A stretch of 64,000 bases of DNA from the human T2T-CHM13v2.0 reference genome, Homo sapiens. This document shows, one piece after another, positions 1 to 21,277 of this stretch. Numbering within the stretch: position 1 is the first letter of the stretch; each line of letters starts with the position of its first letter. The translations under genes were made by a program, and so were the position numbers. The notes under the pieces were generated by a model. It was not told where the DNA came from. It saw nothing but the letters and a program-made list of their open reading frames with translations, and searched no databases. The stretch lies in assembly GCF_009914755.1 (NCBI RefSeq), contig NC_060930.1, one strand, 5' to 3'.

Positions 1-152
1 ATAAAGCACTTAAAACAGTGCCTACCGTATAGTAAGCCCTCAAAAATATAAATTGTTATTTCTAAAATATTTGATGGTAATTTTAATGATTAAATTTTCT
101 ACAACTATAAAGTTTCTAATTTCAGTGATAAAAATGGGGAATTAAGATATCA

Positions 153-641
<489 letters not shown>

Positions 642-1346
642 CTACTTTATGGTTCTTTCCACTTCTCTTTGTAGCTTTACATGTCATCTCTAGGAATGTA
701 AAATACATAAGTGCTATGTAGCTCAACACATTATGAAAATATAAGTGATCCCCAAGAGTGTAGCTAAAACTGTTATTAGTAAACAGTTACTCTGATATTC
801 TAAACAGGGAAACTATCCTTTAAAAACCAAAGACTTGATTTGCAATATAGTTTTGGTGTTTCCAGATTTCTGCCTGACTTTACACCCTGAAAATGGTCCC
901 AGAACAATGACAATTAAGCCATAGGAATGACAACAAACAATTTAATGAAATTTCCAGAATGCTTAAAAAGAAACTTGCTTGGCACAGCCATACTTTCCAA
1001 CAAACCCACTTTAAAGTTTTCACAGTTTACAATATCAGAAATGACCTCAGGGTCAGGCATTTGTCAGTTAATGACCTGTTGGGCTAATGGCCTTCAGCTT
1101 TGCCTTAGGCACATAAGTCCTCCAGTAGGTCATTAGCTGCCAGAAAAGGGCTCTTCCCAATCACTATGGCTAAATAAATAAAATTTGCTCCTGGGCTAAG
1201 ACCCTATAAACCAACTTTGGCTTAGACTAAGTAAATTTTTTGTTGCGTATTTACAACTTTAAGAATTTAAGAAAATGATGGAAATGCTAAAACCAAAATT
1301 ACATTAACATGACTGAGCTATATGTGGCTATCAATGAGGAAAGTAG

Positions 1347-1854
<508 letters not shown>

Positions 1855-2458
1855 CCCCCTCCATTTTCATGGACATTTGCTAGATCTCCAAAGCCAGAGC
1901 GAGAAAAAAAATCTATTTTCAAGTTTGAGTGATTCAGTACTCTTCTTTTCCCTTTCTAATGGTCTCACCTGAGGAACTTTCTGAGTTAGGAGTTTACTAA
2001 GTACTGGGTGGATAGACAGCTGATTCCTGCCTTCGCATCTGCAGCTGCCTATCTCTTCTCCATCTATCCTTTCTTCACTCCAGCAGGCTTGTATACTGTG
2101 TCTCTTTCTGTCCCTTCCCAAATCTCATGTTGAATTGTAAACCCCAATGCAGGAGGTGGGGCTGGTGGGATGTGTTTGGATCATGGGGGCAGATCCCTTA
2201 TGGCTTGGTGCTGTCTTCACAATAGTGAGTGAGGTCTTGGGAGATCTGGTAGTTTAAAAGTGTGTGGCACCTCCTTCCCGTTGCTCCTGCTTTCACCATG
2301 TGACGTCCCTGCTCCCACTTTGCCTTCTGCCATGATTGTAAGCTTCCTAAGGCCTTCCTAGAAGCTGAGCAGGTGCAAGCACCATGCTTCCTGTAAAGCC
2401 TGAAGAACCATAAGCCAATTAAACCTCTTTTCTTTACAAAATTACCCAGTCTCAGGTA

Positions 2459-3103
<645 letters not shown>

Positions 3104-3386
3104 TGCCTCAGGTATTTCTTTATCGCAATGCAAGAACAGCCTAACACACTGTTCACAACTCGGTTAATTTCACCTCACGTAATCTCTAAAGTGTATATAC
3201 ATCCTCTTCAATCTTCATCCTCCAGTTTTCTATTCTTTCTCCTTTTACTTATTATTTCAGAAAAATTGCCACTCACCTTCTTGACTTCTACTTTCTCCTT
3301 TCAAGAAGACATAAACCAAGGATCTTCAAGTTGAGAAACATCAGAGGAAAGCAAGATTTCTCTCGTGCTAAGAAAAAGGAAAATTG

Positions 3387-3870
<484 letters not shown>

Positions 3871-4067
3871 GTAATATTAGAAATGAAATATGCATTAAAA
3901 AACCAGTGCCTACCCTCATCCTCTTATTAAACCAAATTTCCCTTTATATGTCAACATTTAAAAATAATTTAACAAATATTTCTTGTTCAGTTTGTTTTCC
4001 TATTTTATTTATTTGCAGGTATTGTAGAATGCAGATTTTTTTTTTTCTTTTTAAAAAGGGTGTCCTT

Positions 4068-4442
<375 letters not shown>

Positions 4443-5096
4443 TCAGAGAAATGTCAATTTCACCTGATGGCATTTAACCTTCCTGTGCCAAAAAGCTACT
4501 ACATTCCATTGTCTTGTGGCTTCAAAATGGGCAAAGTTCCAGGTTTTAATATTATTTAAAATTCGTCTTATTTCTAGTATAATTTGCACACACTAATCAT
4601 TTATTACTTTCACTTTAAAGATCAAGGAAGCATGACCAGAAAATGGATACAGTCTCTGTTTAATATGTGACTATATTAGCAAATCAGAAAAAAACTGAAG
4701 AAGCTAATTTTGGGATTCTGAAATAATTTTATGATGGCATTTTGACTTTTCTAATTAATTGATATGGAGATAGTCTCTTTTACTGTTATACTATATGACA
4801 CCCCACTTACCACCTTCTGCATCCCTTTACCCTAGTCATGCAAATCTACACTTGAGTGGGTTACATGTATAAAAAATATTAACCTTGGGTGTCAAACTAA
4901 AGAGCCTAAAAGATATTAAATAATTTCCACAAGTAAAATAGTGCAAGCAAAACTATAAACACTATCATAATAATGCCTATTTTAAATGCATAAGACAGGG
5001 AAAAACTTAATACATGTTTTTAGGTTTCAATTTAACATGAATTTGGAAGTAAAATTACTATAACAGATAAGACAAACACAAATAGACAATAGCATC

Positions 5097-5102
5097 TTTA
5101 TT
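5097..5102 (-). terminator. PDSS2: Intronic polyadenylation signal for the alternative terminal exon
   Basis: AATAAA on the minus strand about 215 nt past the stop, followed by GU/U-rich sequence (tatttgtgtttgtctt, about 5070-5085). Confidence 0.75.
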
Positions 5103-5316
5103 AAACTATATAGATGGTGTAAAGGGAGATTTATATGCATAAATTGAGCATATTTGTACAAACAAAATACTTCATTTTAAACAACATATTTACGCCTTTA
5201 GGAAAACAAAGTTAACATAAGGAAATACATCAGCTATGTAAAGAGTACATCTGTGCCACTGGTTATCCGGAAGTATAAATCACTAATGCTTAATAGAACA
5301 ACCTCCAGGAGTGACA

Positions 5317-5409
5317 TCATGACAATGCTCTTGGGTGTTTAGACAAGATCCAGGCTGACTCACAGTCTCCCATCTGATATATAGCAATAGGTCCATTAAA
5401 TGAAAATGA
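5317..5409 (-). CDS. PDSS2: PDSS2 alternative terminal exon CDS: SFSFNGPIAIYQMGDCESAWILSKHPRALS* (C-terminally truncated isoform)
   Basis: Strong acceptor tttttttttctttgtAG (AG at 5410-5411). It is phase 0, in frame with the AAG| donor of the 199-nt exon. 30 codons then TGA at 5317-5319. The peptide matches my recollection of the short PDSS2 isoform C-terminus. Confidence 0.88.
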   Translation of the reverse strand, partial: SFSFNGPIAIYQMGDCESAWILSKHPRALS

Positions 5410-6556
5410 CTACAAAGAAAAAAAAATAACGTGATAAATTCCATTCTTTAAATACTAGGCTTATCATTATATATGTAAAGTAAAAGACTTTTCAAAAACA
5501 AGATGACAGGTAGTAATCCACACAGTCTTATTTGCACTGTGGCTTAATCCTAAATACAAACCCAGTCTAAATAAATACAAAGACCAGAGGAAGCCTGTTA
5601 ATGGCCAGCTAGATTTCGAAATTATAGTACTTCTCCACTTCATGATTTCCCTTCCAATTAGTTAGCATGTCTCACTGATAGCTTGCTGCTCAAACACTAA
5701 AATTTTAGATTCTGGCATGACCACATCACTACAGCATCCAGTGATGTTCTACATGGACACAATATAGAGCAACTTATCCCAATGGAATCAGGAAATTTAT
5801 GATTTAAAAAGAGGCATTCTGAGGTCTTTTAGTCCAGGTCTTTGTACAGTGAAGTACTAAAATAAAAACTTGCCCTTATGTTCCATAATTGAAAATGAAT
5901 GAAAACCCAAGCATTAATTTTTAAATTCCCTCTTGAATTCAAAATCTTGTTAATTTGCATTTATGTGACTACAGCTATAATGGTAAGAAGACAATTACCA
6001 GAGGATTAATAAACAATTTCTATACTTGAAGATATTTAAAAATCTAAGTGTTACCTAAGGCAATTACCTTGAAGACCCCTAATATCTTCAGGGAAAAGCC
6101 AAAGGGAAAATAATTGACTCTGCTAATTTTACCCTTGGCAATTATAAAACAGCTCTGAATTTCATTTGACTGCAGAACCCTTCATCTAATGGCCTGCCCC
6201 ATGAGAAGTACAGAGATAAACACATCATATAGAAATTCAGACAAGAATCCAGTAGCACAAGAAAATGAGAAATTGGTAGAATGAATAAGTTATAAAAAAT
6301 TAAAGTTGTTACAAATATGCCAACTTTAATTACCAATATACATCCTCAAAGAAAAAGCAGGCTGTCACTGTGAAAAAACAGTGACATATTATAAACAGAA
6401 ATTCTGTATTAAGTTTTGCCTGTTTCCTCTTGCTGTGGTATCTATTTATGTTGCTATTGTTGACAAATTTTCTTTCTTATAAAAGAAAACTAAAACATCA
6501 TTAAATAGAATCTAACTTTACCAAGACATTAAGCATATGTAGAGATAAGAAAACTT

Positions 6557-6885
<329 letters not shown>

Positions 6886-8481
6886 TCAAAGAAATATTTA
6901 TCGCCACCTCCTCCTTCTAAAAAAACCATAGTTACTATTATACTTAATCAACTTAAGCTTCTGGGAGCTCATTTGATAAAATAAGTCCTCTTCTGAGATA
7001 TAACTTCACTTTCCTTAAATTATTCTGATGAAAATATTGCCAAGTATTTAAATGAAAGAAACTGGCTCTGAATATGGGAGATTTGCTTTATCAGAGGGAA
7101 TTCCTGACTTTCAAGAACTTTAGTAATTCACAATCTCCTCAGTTTAAAATACTGTTCACCTGATTTGGAAATCATCTATTACGATTAAAAGAGAGCTACT
7201 AAAAGCCTTGATTTGGAGAAGATCAATTACAGACCCTGGGCATGGTTCTTAAGGTCTTTCACAAAAAGTGAACCCCTGAGGCATTTTTTTTTTTTTTTCT
7301 GAAATTGACCTGGTAGAGCCTTCAATGACCCTTTGAAGAACAAGGTGCAAAAGATTCACGTTTGAGATTAACAGGAGGGCTGCACAGAATAAAGCCTTCA
7401 ATTCAACATACAACTATCAAATTCAGAAAAAAACATATCATAGCCTAAAAAGGAAAAAATTCCTCACCAGAGAAAGGTTGATAAAATGCAAATTTAAAGG
7501 TGTAAACCTGTGCAGAGACCATGAAGTTATGAGGCTCACTGAAGGGGAAGGAAATGCCAGATCATTCTTATTTCAAGAAGCTTCAGGCTGAATAGTTGCT
7601 TGGATATGCTAAGTTTTTCTTTTTCTTTTTCTAAATCAAGTAGTGCTACTGAAATCCAGTGCCTAATGGAGCAGATGGTGGAGGTCTTAGACTCTGGAAC
7701 ATTTATAGTGATGCTTCTGAATGCAAAACACCAAGAGTGGATTTCACAGGCTGTGAATCTGATTTGATTTTGATGGGAGTAAAGCTTCCATTTTCACTGT
7801 ACTTGAACCACATTGAAAAAAAGCATGTGTGACTGACACAAGCTAGTTAAGAAAAAGGAACATGTTAAATATTAGTCCCATAAAGGGAAGCAGTTTAAAC
7901 AAGTGATTATTTGTTTGTATCATTTAACATGATTATGTTTGTATACAATACCACCGTTTGAACCTTATGTAAGATTTCATCAGAATAGTTCAAAGTTAAA
8001 ACAAATGATTACAGAAAACAAATAGAAATTTGTCCAAAGGCAACGAGTCTTGGTTTTCTAAGGTGGCAACTATACCGAGGCAAATTACCAAAATGTGGAC
8101 CTAGGTACTATCAAGGTCCAGAATATCTCCTCCCCTCAGCTTTGTAGGTCTAATCCATGAACGGCCAGCCTGTGAAGCTAGAGCTGGTCATGTGCAGCTC
8201 AAGGTGTCCAGACACTATGTCAGATCTGCACTTTCTGAGGCCTCTTTCTTCTCTAAACAAGGGCTAAGTTTTATCACAGACCACTGCAAATATGGTGAAA
8301 AGGAGAGATGGATGATACAGTTTGTGAGTCCCAGGGGCAAAGAACCACTCACCTTCTGTTAACATGTGAATTCCAGTGAAGGAGAGAATTTAGTGGGACC
8401 CGTCAAAGTATACTATATGCATAAAGGAGAGAGACATTTGAGATGAAATAAAATAGAATTGGAGAGAGACATCAGATTCTC

Positions 8482-8789
<308 letters not shown>

Positions 8790-9837
8790 AAGATTCTCTA
8801 ATAGTCTGCTTAATAGGATCAATTCATTTTTTACTTTAGCTTTTAAAAAAATATGAATATAAATTAGATATTAAAGGTACCATACTACTTTCTCCCTTAA
8901 ATTCCGCAGGTCTACCTCATGAGTATATGTGCTAGCCAAAAATGCAAACACATGATGAGAAGGTAGGGCAGAATGTTACTTGTCTCCTAGTATCTTTTAT
9001 CTGTATCTTCCAGATTTTTGGCTGGATCCATGATGACCTACAATAAAAATTACATTTTCTAGCTTCCCTTACAGCTAGGTATGGCTATATAATTAAATTC
9101 TGGTCAACAGGATGTAAGCAGAAAAATCTCATATAACTTATGAGAAATGTCTTTAAAGTGTGAATACTATATAATTTATCATGCAAACTGGGACACAAGA
9201 GTAAAAAGAAGCGCTGAAACAACTAAAATTTTATACTTTTTGAAATATGTATTTATTTCAAAAACAAACAGCTGATTTTATTATATTGAAATAAATATGT
9301 ATTTATTTCAAAAACAAACAGCTGATTTTATTATATTGGTGGACTCAACAGGTTCTATTCAAAAACTGTTTTCAAAAATAAAATTTCAAAAGAAATAAAA
9401 ATAACATACATGTACATACAATAGAACAATAACTTCTTTATACTGATTATCTGAATATTTAAAAATAATGAGAATTATTATTGATGTATATCTACATAGT
9501 TTAATCCATTTCTTAGACATATCTGTCTCTAATATTGTGTCACTGGCATTTTTCTGAAGAATGTGTTCATTAAAATACAGTATTTAAAAATAAAACTGCC
9601 CGCAATATTCTTCACAGTTGCAGTTTATGGTTAGTTTGAAATTACTGATACTTTCAATTATGGAGAAAATTCTCTTTCTACAGGTTCTAAGTTACCTGAT
9701 AAGTTCAGAGTAAATTTGCTAAATGGAGGACATAATTCTAATTTTAAAAATGTTGAACAGTATAAATATTTCAGCCCAAATATTTTTAGAGGCACTCTCT
9801 TTTTGCTTCCATCAGAGTATCTTACTTTAACAAATAG

Positions 9838-11391
<1,554 letters not shown>

Positions 11392-12510
11392 TAGTTCAGT
11401 GACTGTGACTATTCAGATATTTGTAAATTTTGATGTAACAATAGCTTCTATTAAAATAGAAGACTTTTGGTGCTTGTTTAGATGTAATGATCAATTGTGT
11501 GTGTGCCACAACCAATGTCAACTACTCCACAGGTTGCTTAACGTAGTAAAAACATTGTTTTTACCACAACACTGTGCTTCACCAAAATTTGTACTTCTAT
11601 TGTTACTATAAACTAATAATTTTATTTTCTATATTGAACTTTTAAACTGAATTTCCAATCTCACTCACAAAGGCTTTATGTTTAATAGAATATACTTCCA
11701 AAAACTTTACCTTAATCCCATGAATGAATGGAAAGAAAAAAACCAAACCATTTGTAGAATTAACTTAAATGATTTACTTACTTGAAATACCTGATGACAC
11801 TGAACTAAAACTGGAATTATTTAACTGCTTTCAAAGTTCTTCTACTGACAATGATGCAAAAGAACTATTGCTTCCCTTTTCCTATATACACATAAACACT
11901 TGTAGTTGATAATCAGTGCAATCACTTAGCATAGTCATTTCTCTAAATATAAGTTATGTTGCAGAGTCGTATGCATATATACCTTCTGCAACTGCATAAA
12001 GTAGATCCTGACACTTCTTCAGCAGACTTTACTCTTCTTGTTTTCATGTGGTCAGTGATAGATACCACTATGGCCTCCACAGTGGTTGGTAAATGTCAAC
12101 AAACATTTTGTTCAAGTTATTAATATACATTCCTTATTAACTTTCTTAAGAAAAAAAATCAATACTTAAAAAAATGAAACACATACTTCTAGTTTTTTCA
12201 GTTTACTGCTGCCAAAAGGATTTATTGCAAAAACAAAGTATTGCCAAGCAATAAAATAGTTATAGATTTACACTGTACAAGCAAGTGTGCTCATTCTACA
12301 CTCTACTTGCTCCCTAGCAGAGCTGATCAGCCTTGATTTCCCATATATATTTTACAGACACCCAAACCTATAATTTACTGTTTCCCACTGAACTTATCAA
12401 CTGGTATCTGGCAGCTTTGTGACTCTTGCAGGCCATGCATGGGCTACAGTACAATTGGGTGACACACTACACAGCCAGCTTCTCCCACCACCTGATACAG
12501 GAAAGAGTTA

Positions 12511-12993
<483 letters not shown>

Positions 12994-13534
12994 AGGACAA
13001 CTGATAATGAGAACTCTCTCCACTGTGTAAGGGTCTCAGAATACTATTACATTACATTACACAAAAACAAAAACAGAGGCTGGAAGTACTAAGTGGGGAT
13101 CTACCAAATTCATCCCAGCTTATTCTAATATAATTATTAGTAATAATTCTCTGTTAAAAAATGAAAAATTCAGGATAAATGCTAAATCAGATGGGATCCC
13201 AGGATAGCTGGCTTACACTGAGACTCTCCTTTAGCAAACTAGGATGTACACTGATCCAACCTTCAAAGGAAGGAGATCTGCCCTTTTTTTGTCCTTCCTC
13301 GTTCTATTGACTGGAGGGAAGCCATAATGGCAAATGCCTCGGGCCATGATGTGGTAAGATAAGGATGGCAAAACAGTAAGACAGAAGGAGCCTGGATCCC
13401 TGACTTTGCAGACTCACTATACCAACTTTTGACTGCCTACTCCTAGATGATTTTACATGAGAGAAAAAATACATTCCTATCTTATAGGGCACTGTTATCT
13501 TATAATCAAACCTAATCCTAACTGATATAACAAG

Positions 13535-14740
<1,206 letters not shown>

Positions 14741-14882
14741 TCCTAGCATTTACACTTTGCCTGGTACTAACACTGCCATCATTATGTTCATCACAGTTTT
14801 ACTGTTTACTGAGCATGTACATGAGGGGAGTTGGGGCAGCCGGGCACACAGACCTGCAGCTCCAGCAGCCAACTAATTGCTA

Positions 14883-15146
<264 letters not shown>

Positions 15147-15514
15147 TTAGAATATCAAGAACACCATTTTATCACTAATGTCTGATTTCAGTTTTCAACA
15201 ATAAAATATTCCATAGGTTGCCCCCCACTTTTTTTTTTGGATTATATCTTTCTAATGAATCTTTAAATAGAGGTCTCTCTACTGAGCAGTTTGGGATCTG
15301 TAAGATGTTGACACCTTCCTTCTCTGTAATACTCCTCACTCTTCCCCACAAGTCACTAGGATATCCCAGACAGAAGTTGACCAGTGGAGGGCCACCTTCC
15401 ACAGCTCCATTTAGATACTGTGCTCTTGGTATACTTTCCTCACGCTCATAACTTCAAAATTTCTAAGACTCCTTAGTAGTGTCTAATGGAATTCCAATTT
15501 AAGTGAGAATATAA

Positions 15515-15866
<352 letters not shown>

Positions 15867-16284
15867 TACATTATCTCTTTTAATCATAAATGCAAAGCTA
15901 TGGGGTTTACAGAGATGAATACAATATGGTTTCTTCCTTCAAGGACTTTTTAACTTTCAGAATAAGAATGAAGAGAGAAACCTATAGTAGCAAATAATAT
16001 AGAGAAGGCCCCTGAGGAGCTTGTAGTATAGAACTATATTTATTACACGGGAATTTCAGCAGATGTTTGTTCCTTTTTTATACTTTTCTGTAGTTTGTCT
16101 ATTTTGTACAATGACAAAAGTATTACTTTTATAGTCAGAAAAAATCAACAGGTAATTACTAAAAATTTAAACATTATCACAACTTCATGATAGGTATTAT
16201 TAACGTCTTTTAATAGGTGAAAAAATTGTGCACACAAGTAAAATGATTTTCCCAAGAGTACACAGTAATGTAGACCTGAAAATC

Positions 16285-17978
16285 TGTTGGTATCTGCTAC
16301 AAATGGCCCCATGTGAGTCATGTCTTTTGGTTTCCAAGCTCCTGCATGATCCCCTTCCATGCCTGGCCATGTGACTTGCTTTGGCCAATAGGACATCAAC
16401 AAACAGTACACAAGGAAAGCCTGATAAGTGCCTATGCAACTGATAAGCTTTTCACAGTCACAGGCGTTGCATGACCCCAAGCAGAAGAACACTCACGTCA
16501 ATCCACAGAATGGTAAGTTGTTTCAAGTCACTAAACTATATGGGTGATTTGCTATGTAGCAACAGATATCTGATACAGAAATGGTATATCTATAAGTGGA
16601 GTGTTTGCTTTGAGTCAGAAAAATGAGGCTAGGAGGCAAAGGCTGAAGGAATGGCAAACTCTTAGTGGAAGCTGGAAAGCTACTCAGCTGCAAGTATAAA
16701 CTGTATCTTACTGAAAAGGGAAAATAGGCCAGGTGCAGTGGCTCATGCCTGTAATCTCAGAACTTTGGGAGGCCCAGGTGGCAGGACTGCTTGAGGCCAG
16801 GAGTTCAACATCAGTTCAGGCAACATAGTGAGACCCTATCTCTACAAAAAATTAAAAAATAAAAATTAGCTTGGTGAGAGGGTGCACGCCTGTAGTCCCA
16901 GTTACTTGGGAGGCTGAGGTGGGACATCACCTGAGCTCAGGAGTTCAAAGTTATAGTGAACTGACTGCACTATTGCACTCTAGCCTAGCACAGAGTGAGA
17001 CCCTATCTCAAAAAAAAAAAAAAAAAAAAAAGGAAAGAAAAGAAAAGAAAAGAAAAGGAAGCTCAGAAGGTAGAGCCAAGAACAATGGAGAAGAGTGGAT
17101 TCGAGAACCATTTCCAGGGAATAGAACTGAGCCCTAATCAAGAAACATTCCTTGCTCCAAGATACAGTAGGTGGCCCAGATATATGCCCAGCTGGATTTC
17201 AGAATTGCTACAGACTAGTGACTGCTATGTACCTCCCATTTCTCCCTCTTTTTAATGGAAGTGACAACTGTGGTTATCTTCTTTCTGATTCACTGTTGCA
17301 TGTTGGATAGACGGTGGTGTGTGGTTGGGGGGAGGGTGGATAACTTGTCCTTTTAGTTCCTAGGTCCCTGACTGAAGAGGGGCTGCACCCATGGAGCCAC
17401 ATCCATATCGAGACCTAACAGAAATCATGAGATCAGGGACTCTGAGCTTGATGTCATAAAATGGATGAGACTGGGGTCTTGGGAGGTGGTCTGTTTTGCA
17501 TATGGAAGGAATGTGAAATATTGGGGCCAGAGGGCAAACTGTGGCAGAGTGTTACACCAAGTTACACTTATCAGTCACACCCTCTGATATCCAAGCCATG
17601 TATGATCTCCTTGATTGATGCTGAGTTTGACCATATGACTTGTTTGGTCAATGGGACATCGGCAAATGAGGGACAAACAGGCTTGATAAATGTTTTTGCA
17701 TTGGGGCTTACACTCTTTGAATGCTAACCTGAGACTACAAGTTAAGAAACCTAATCTAGCCTCTTAGAGAATGAAAGGCAACATGGAGAAAGGTCCAGCT
17801 GTCCCAGTCAAGCCCAGCCCCCTGCACATTTACCAGGTAAACACAGACACATAAATAAATACAGGAGAAACCAGCAAAGGAACAGTCCAGCCAAACAACA
17901 GAATTATGAGAAATAAGTTGGTTATTGTTTTAAGCCACCAAGGTTTGGAGTAGTTTGTTACACAATAGATAACTAACA
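16285..17978 (+). mobile_element. MLT1 MaLR with LTR (16285-16577), internal region and LTR (17540-17978)
   Basis: Both LTRs have the catgtgacttgctttggccaat-type core and a ...gcaa(c/t)agata..(g/a)ataca-type end. The internal part ends ggggccagagggcaaac directly before TGTGG. Confidence 0.72.
16727..17056 (+). mobile_element. AluJ inside MLT1 internal region
   Basis: Dimer with A/(AAAAG)n tail. Confidence 0.9.
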
Positions 17979-18579
17979 GAGACTCCAATCCCCAATCTAT
18001 TTCTACTAGATTAGGCTGCCTTCCACATGTGCCCATTGAAAGCTTCTATCTTTCCTTTTTTTCTGTAGACCTCATCTGTGTCACAAAAGCTTTAAAAAAG
18101 TTTCCTTGAAGAAGCTAAATTTGAGCGGGGCCTGGAAAGGCAAGTAAGATTTCCATAGCTGGAGAAAAAGGACAAAACAAGAGTAGGGCTTGGGAACCCC
18201 AGAATAAGAAAGACTACACATCATGACACAGAGAAGGCAAGAGTAGAAAACGTGACCAAAGGTTGAAAAGATCAGTTTGGCTACAGTAAAGGGACTGTGT
18301 GGATAAGTGAGAGATAAGAATTTTGGAGCTTGGTTATAGCAGGTGAAATGGTCTATATTTTACACATGCAATATTTTGAGATGAAAGGATGATATATATT
18401 TTTTAATAATTTAGGAAGAAGATTCCAAAGGTGATACATAGAAAAATCTTAAAAAGTATGTAGGGAAAGTAGGGATATGGGGTGGGGGAGCTATTACAAA
18501 GGTCCAAGGAAGATGCAACAAAAGGGCTTGACCTAGGACACCGCCTTAGACATGGAGAGAAATAAATATAGAATAATCA

Positions 18580-18910
18580 GGCCAGGCGCGGTGGCTCAGG
18601 CCTGTAATCCCTGCACTATGGGAGGCCAAGGCGGGTGGATCACCTGAGGTAAGGAGTTCGAAACCAACCTGGCCAACATGGTGAAACCCCGTCTCTACTA
18701 AAAATACAAAAATTAGCCAGGCGTGTTGGCGGGTGCCTGACTAATTTTTGGGAGCTACTTGGGAGGCAGAGGCAAGGAGAATCACTTGAACCCGGAAGGC
18801 AGAGGTTGCAGTTAGCTGAGATTGCACCACTGCACTCTAGCCTGGATGACAGAGCAAGACTCTGTCTCAAAAATAAATGAATAAATAAAATAAATAAATA
18901 AATAAATAAA
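18580..18910 (+). mobile_element. AluS
   Basis: Dimer; (AAAT)n tail. Confidence 0.93.
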
Positions 18911-19854
18911 TATAAAATCATCAAATAATATATGAGACTCCTCTTAAAAAAAACAGAATGGTTTAACATCTATAATAATCACATAAAGATACAATTAAAA
19001 GAACAAATTGGCATTATCAAATGCCAAGGAAAATCTCATGTCTAATTGATTTCCTTTGTTAAAAAAATTAAGAGAATATGTAAAGATGACCCAGTAGACA
19101 TATTGTACTTGATTACAAATTTGGGGAGTAGAGAAAGGAAATGAACCAGTGAGTCAAATAGTATCTAAGAGTAAATTCATGGTTTAGATTAAAATCTCAT
19201 TATATCCCAAAGAAAATCACTAAGAATGGAGACTTATAAGACAGTTGAAAAGTTAACAGAAGACATTTTTTTAAAGTAGAACATTTAAAATTACCGTTTA
19301 AAAAGTGACTAAAAGAAAGGAATAAAATTGTATTTTATTACTATCCTGCGAATGATTTCTAGTTTACAAAACCATTCACTGAAAAAAGTCCGCATTATCA
19401 CATTTCACAAAAATCACATAATGAGATTATGGGCAAGTATAAAAGTAAAAAGCGTTAAGCATTTGGACAAGTTTTTCATGCAGTTCAGTTTATGAAAGAA
19501 AGTAATAACCAGGTAAGCAAAAAGTTGTGGTGTTTTGAATTACTCAAAGGATGAAAATGAGTGATTTTGACATCTATAGTCATAAAACAGCATTCATTAA
19601 ATAAATAGAAACTTTTAAATGCCACATGACCAGAAACAACAAAAACAATGGTATGCAATAATAAAAGTGAAAGCCCATCATTTTTACAGGGTCTGCCATT
19701 TAAAAAAACCTTTCATTTATATTATCTACTTGTGATTCTAATTACAGAGGTCTGCAGAGGTTAAATACTTGATCAAGAACACTGAGTTTATACAAGGCAA
19801 AGCTGGAACTCAGAGCCACCTTGTCATAGTAACAAATGACAATTTAAAACATCT

Positions 19855-20152
19855 AGCTGGGCTCACGCCTGTAATCCCAGCACTTTGGGAGGCTGAGGCA
19901 GGTGGACCACTTGAGGTCGGGAGTTCAAGAGCAGCCTGGCCAACATGGTGAAACCCCATCTCTACTAAAAATACAAAAATTGGCTGGACATGGTGGCGCA
20001 TGTCTGTAATCCCAGCTATTTGGAGACTGAGGCAGGAGAATCGCTTCAACCCGGGAGGCGGAGGTTGCAGTGAGCCGAGATCACACCACTGCACTCCAGC
20101 CTGGGCAACAGAGTGAAACTCTGTCTCAAAATAAAAATAAAAATAAAAATAA
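19855..20152 (+). mobile_element. AluS
   Basis: Dimer with a small deletion near the 5' end. Confidence 0.93.
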
Positions 20153-20975
20153 ATGTTTATTTACCTAAGGAATAGTAGATCGTTGGGGAGGGGGAATAAG
20201 CCAAAGTTATCAATGTTACCATCACTGATATATGCCACAAATTTGTCCAATTTTTATCCCTAGTTTTGAAGCAACAGGGAAGGGAATGTTGCTAGGAAAA
20301 AAGTATATTAAGAACAGGCTTAATTCTTTTTGTTTACAGTAACTGGGGAAGGTCAAGTTGTTTGAATTCACCAGGATGAAATCAATAGTTTTAGCCTAAT
20401 CAGGAATCTGGATAACAGTTCTACTTCTGCTTATTACATAAGACAATTCATGGGCAAATCCCTTAAATCAGACCCGTGGTCTTCTTGTCCCTGAAAGGAG
20501 GGGGACTGGAGCAACACATCCCTTCCAGTCCCCAAATTATAAGATTCAGGGATTTTTTTAAAAAAAGAGTTATCTAAACTGGCAGTTAATAGTTAAAAAG
20601 ATTTAAAAAAATGATTACTATTATTGGTACCTATTTTTCTATAGGAAATAGGAGTGAAATGACTGGTCGTCTTTAAATCTATCCTGTAATTTCACTCTCT
20701 AGTACTGTGCTCTCAGATTCTAAGATTTTATCACCAGATAAGTAACTCTGGATCATATTTTGTAAGAGTACAATTTAGTATATGTCAGAGAAGCATTGAC
20801 AGTATGAAAAAATTTGAGAAAAATTTCTTCTGGTGATCTTATTCCTATTTTAGCTACCCAAAGCAATCTATTAAACTTTCAATGCACTGGATTTTTAAAA
20901 AATTATCTTAAATAAAAGTCTTCATGCCGATTTATGTACATATATTTTAGTACTCTTGAATATTTCTCATGCTAA

Positions 20976-21277
<302 letters not shown>

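Noticed and set aside
7614-7960. T-rich tract followed by about 330 bp of unique sequence, resembling a minus-strand retrocopy
   Set aside because: No TSD, no AATAAA before the A-rich tract and no ORF. At most an oligo-dT internal priming site in PDSS2 pre-mRNA.
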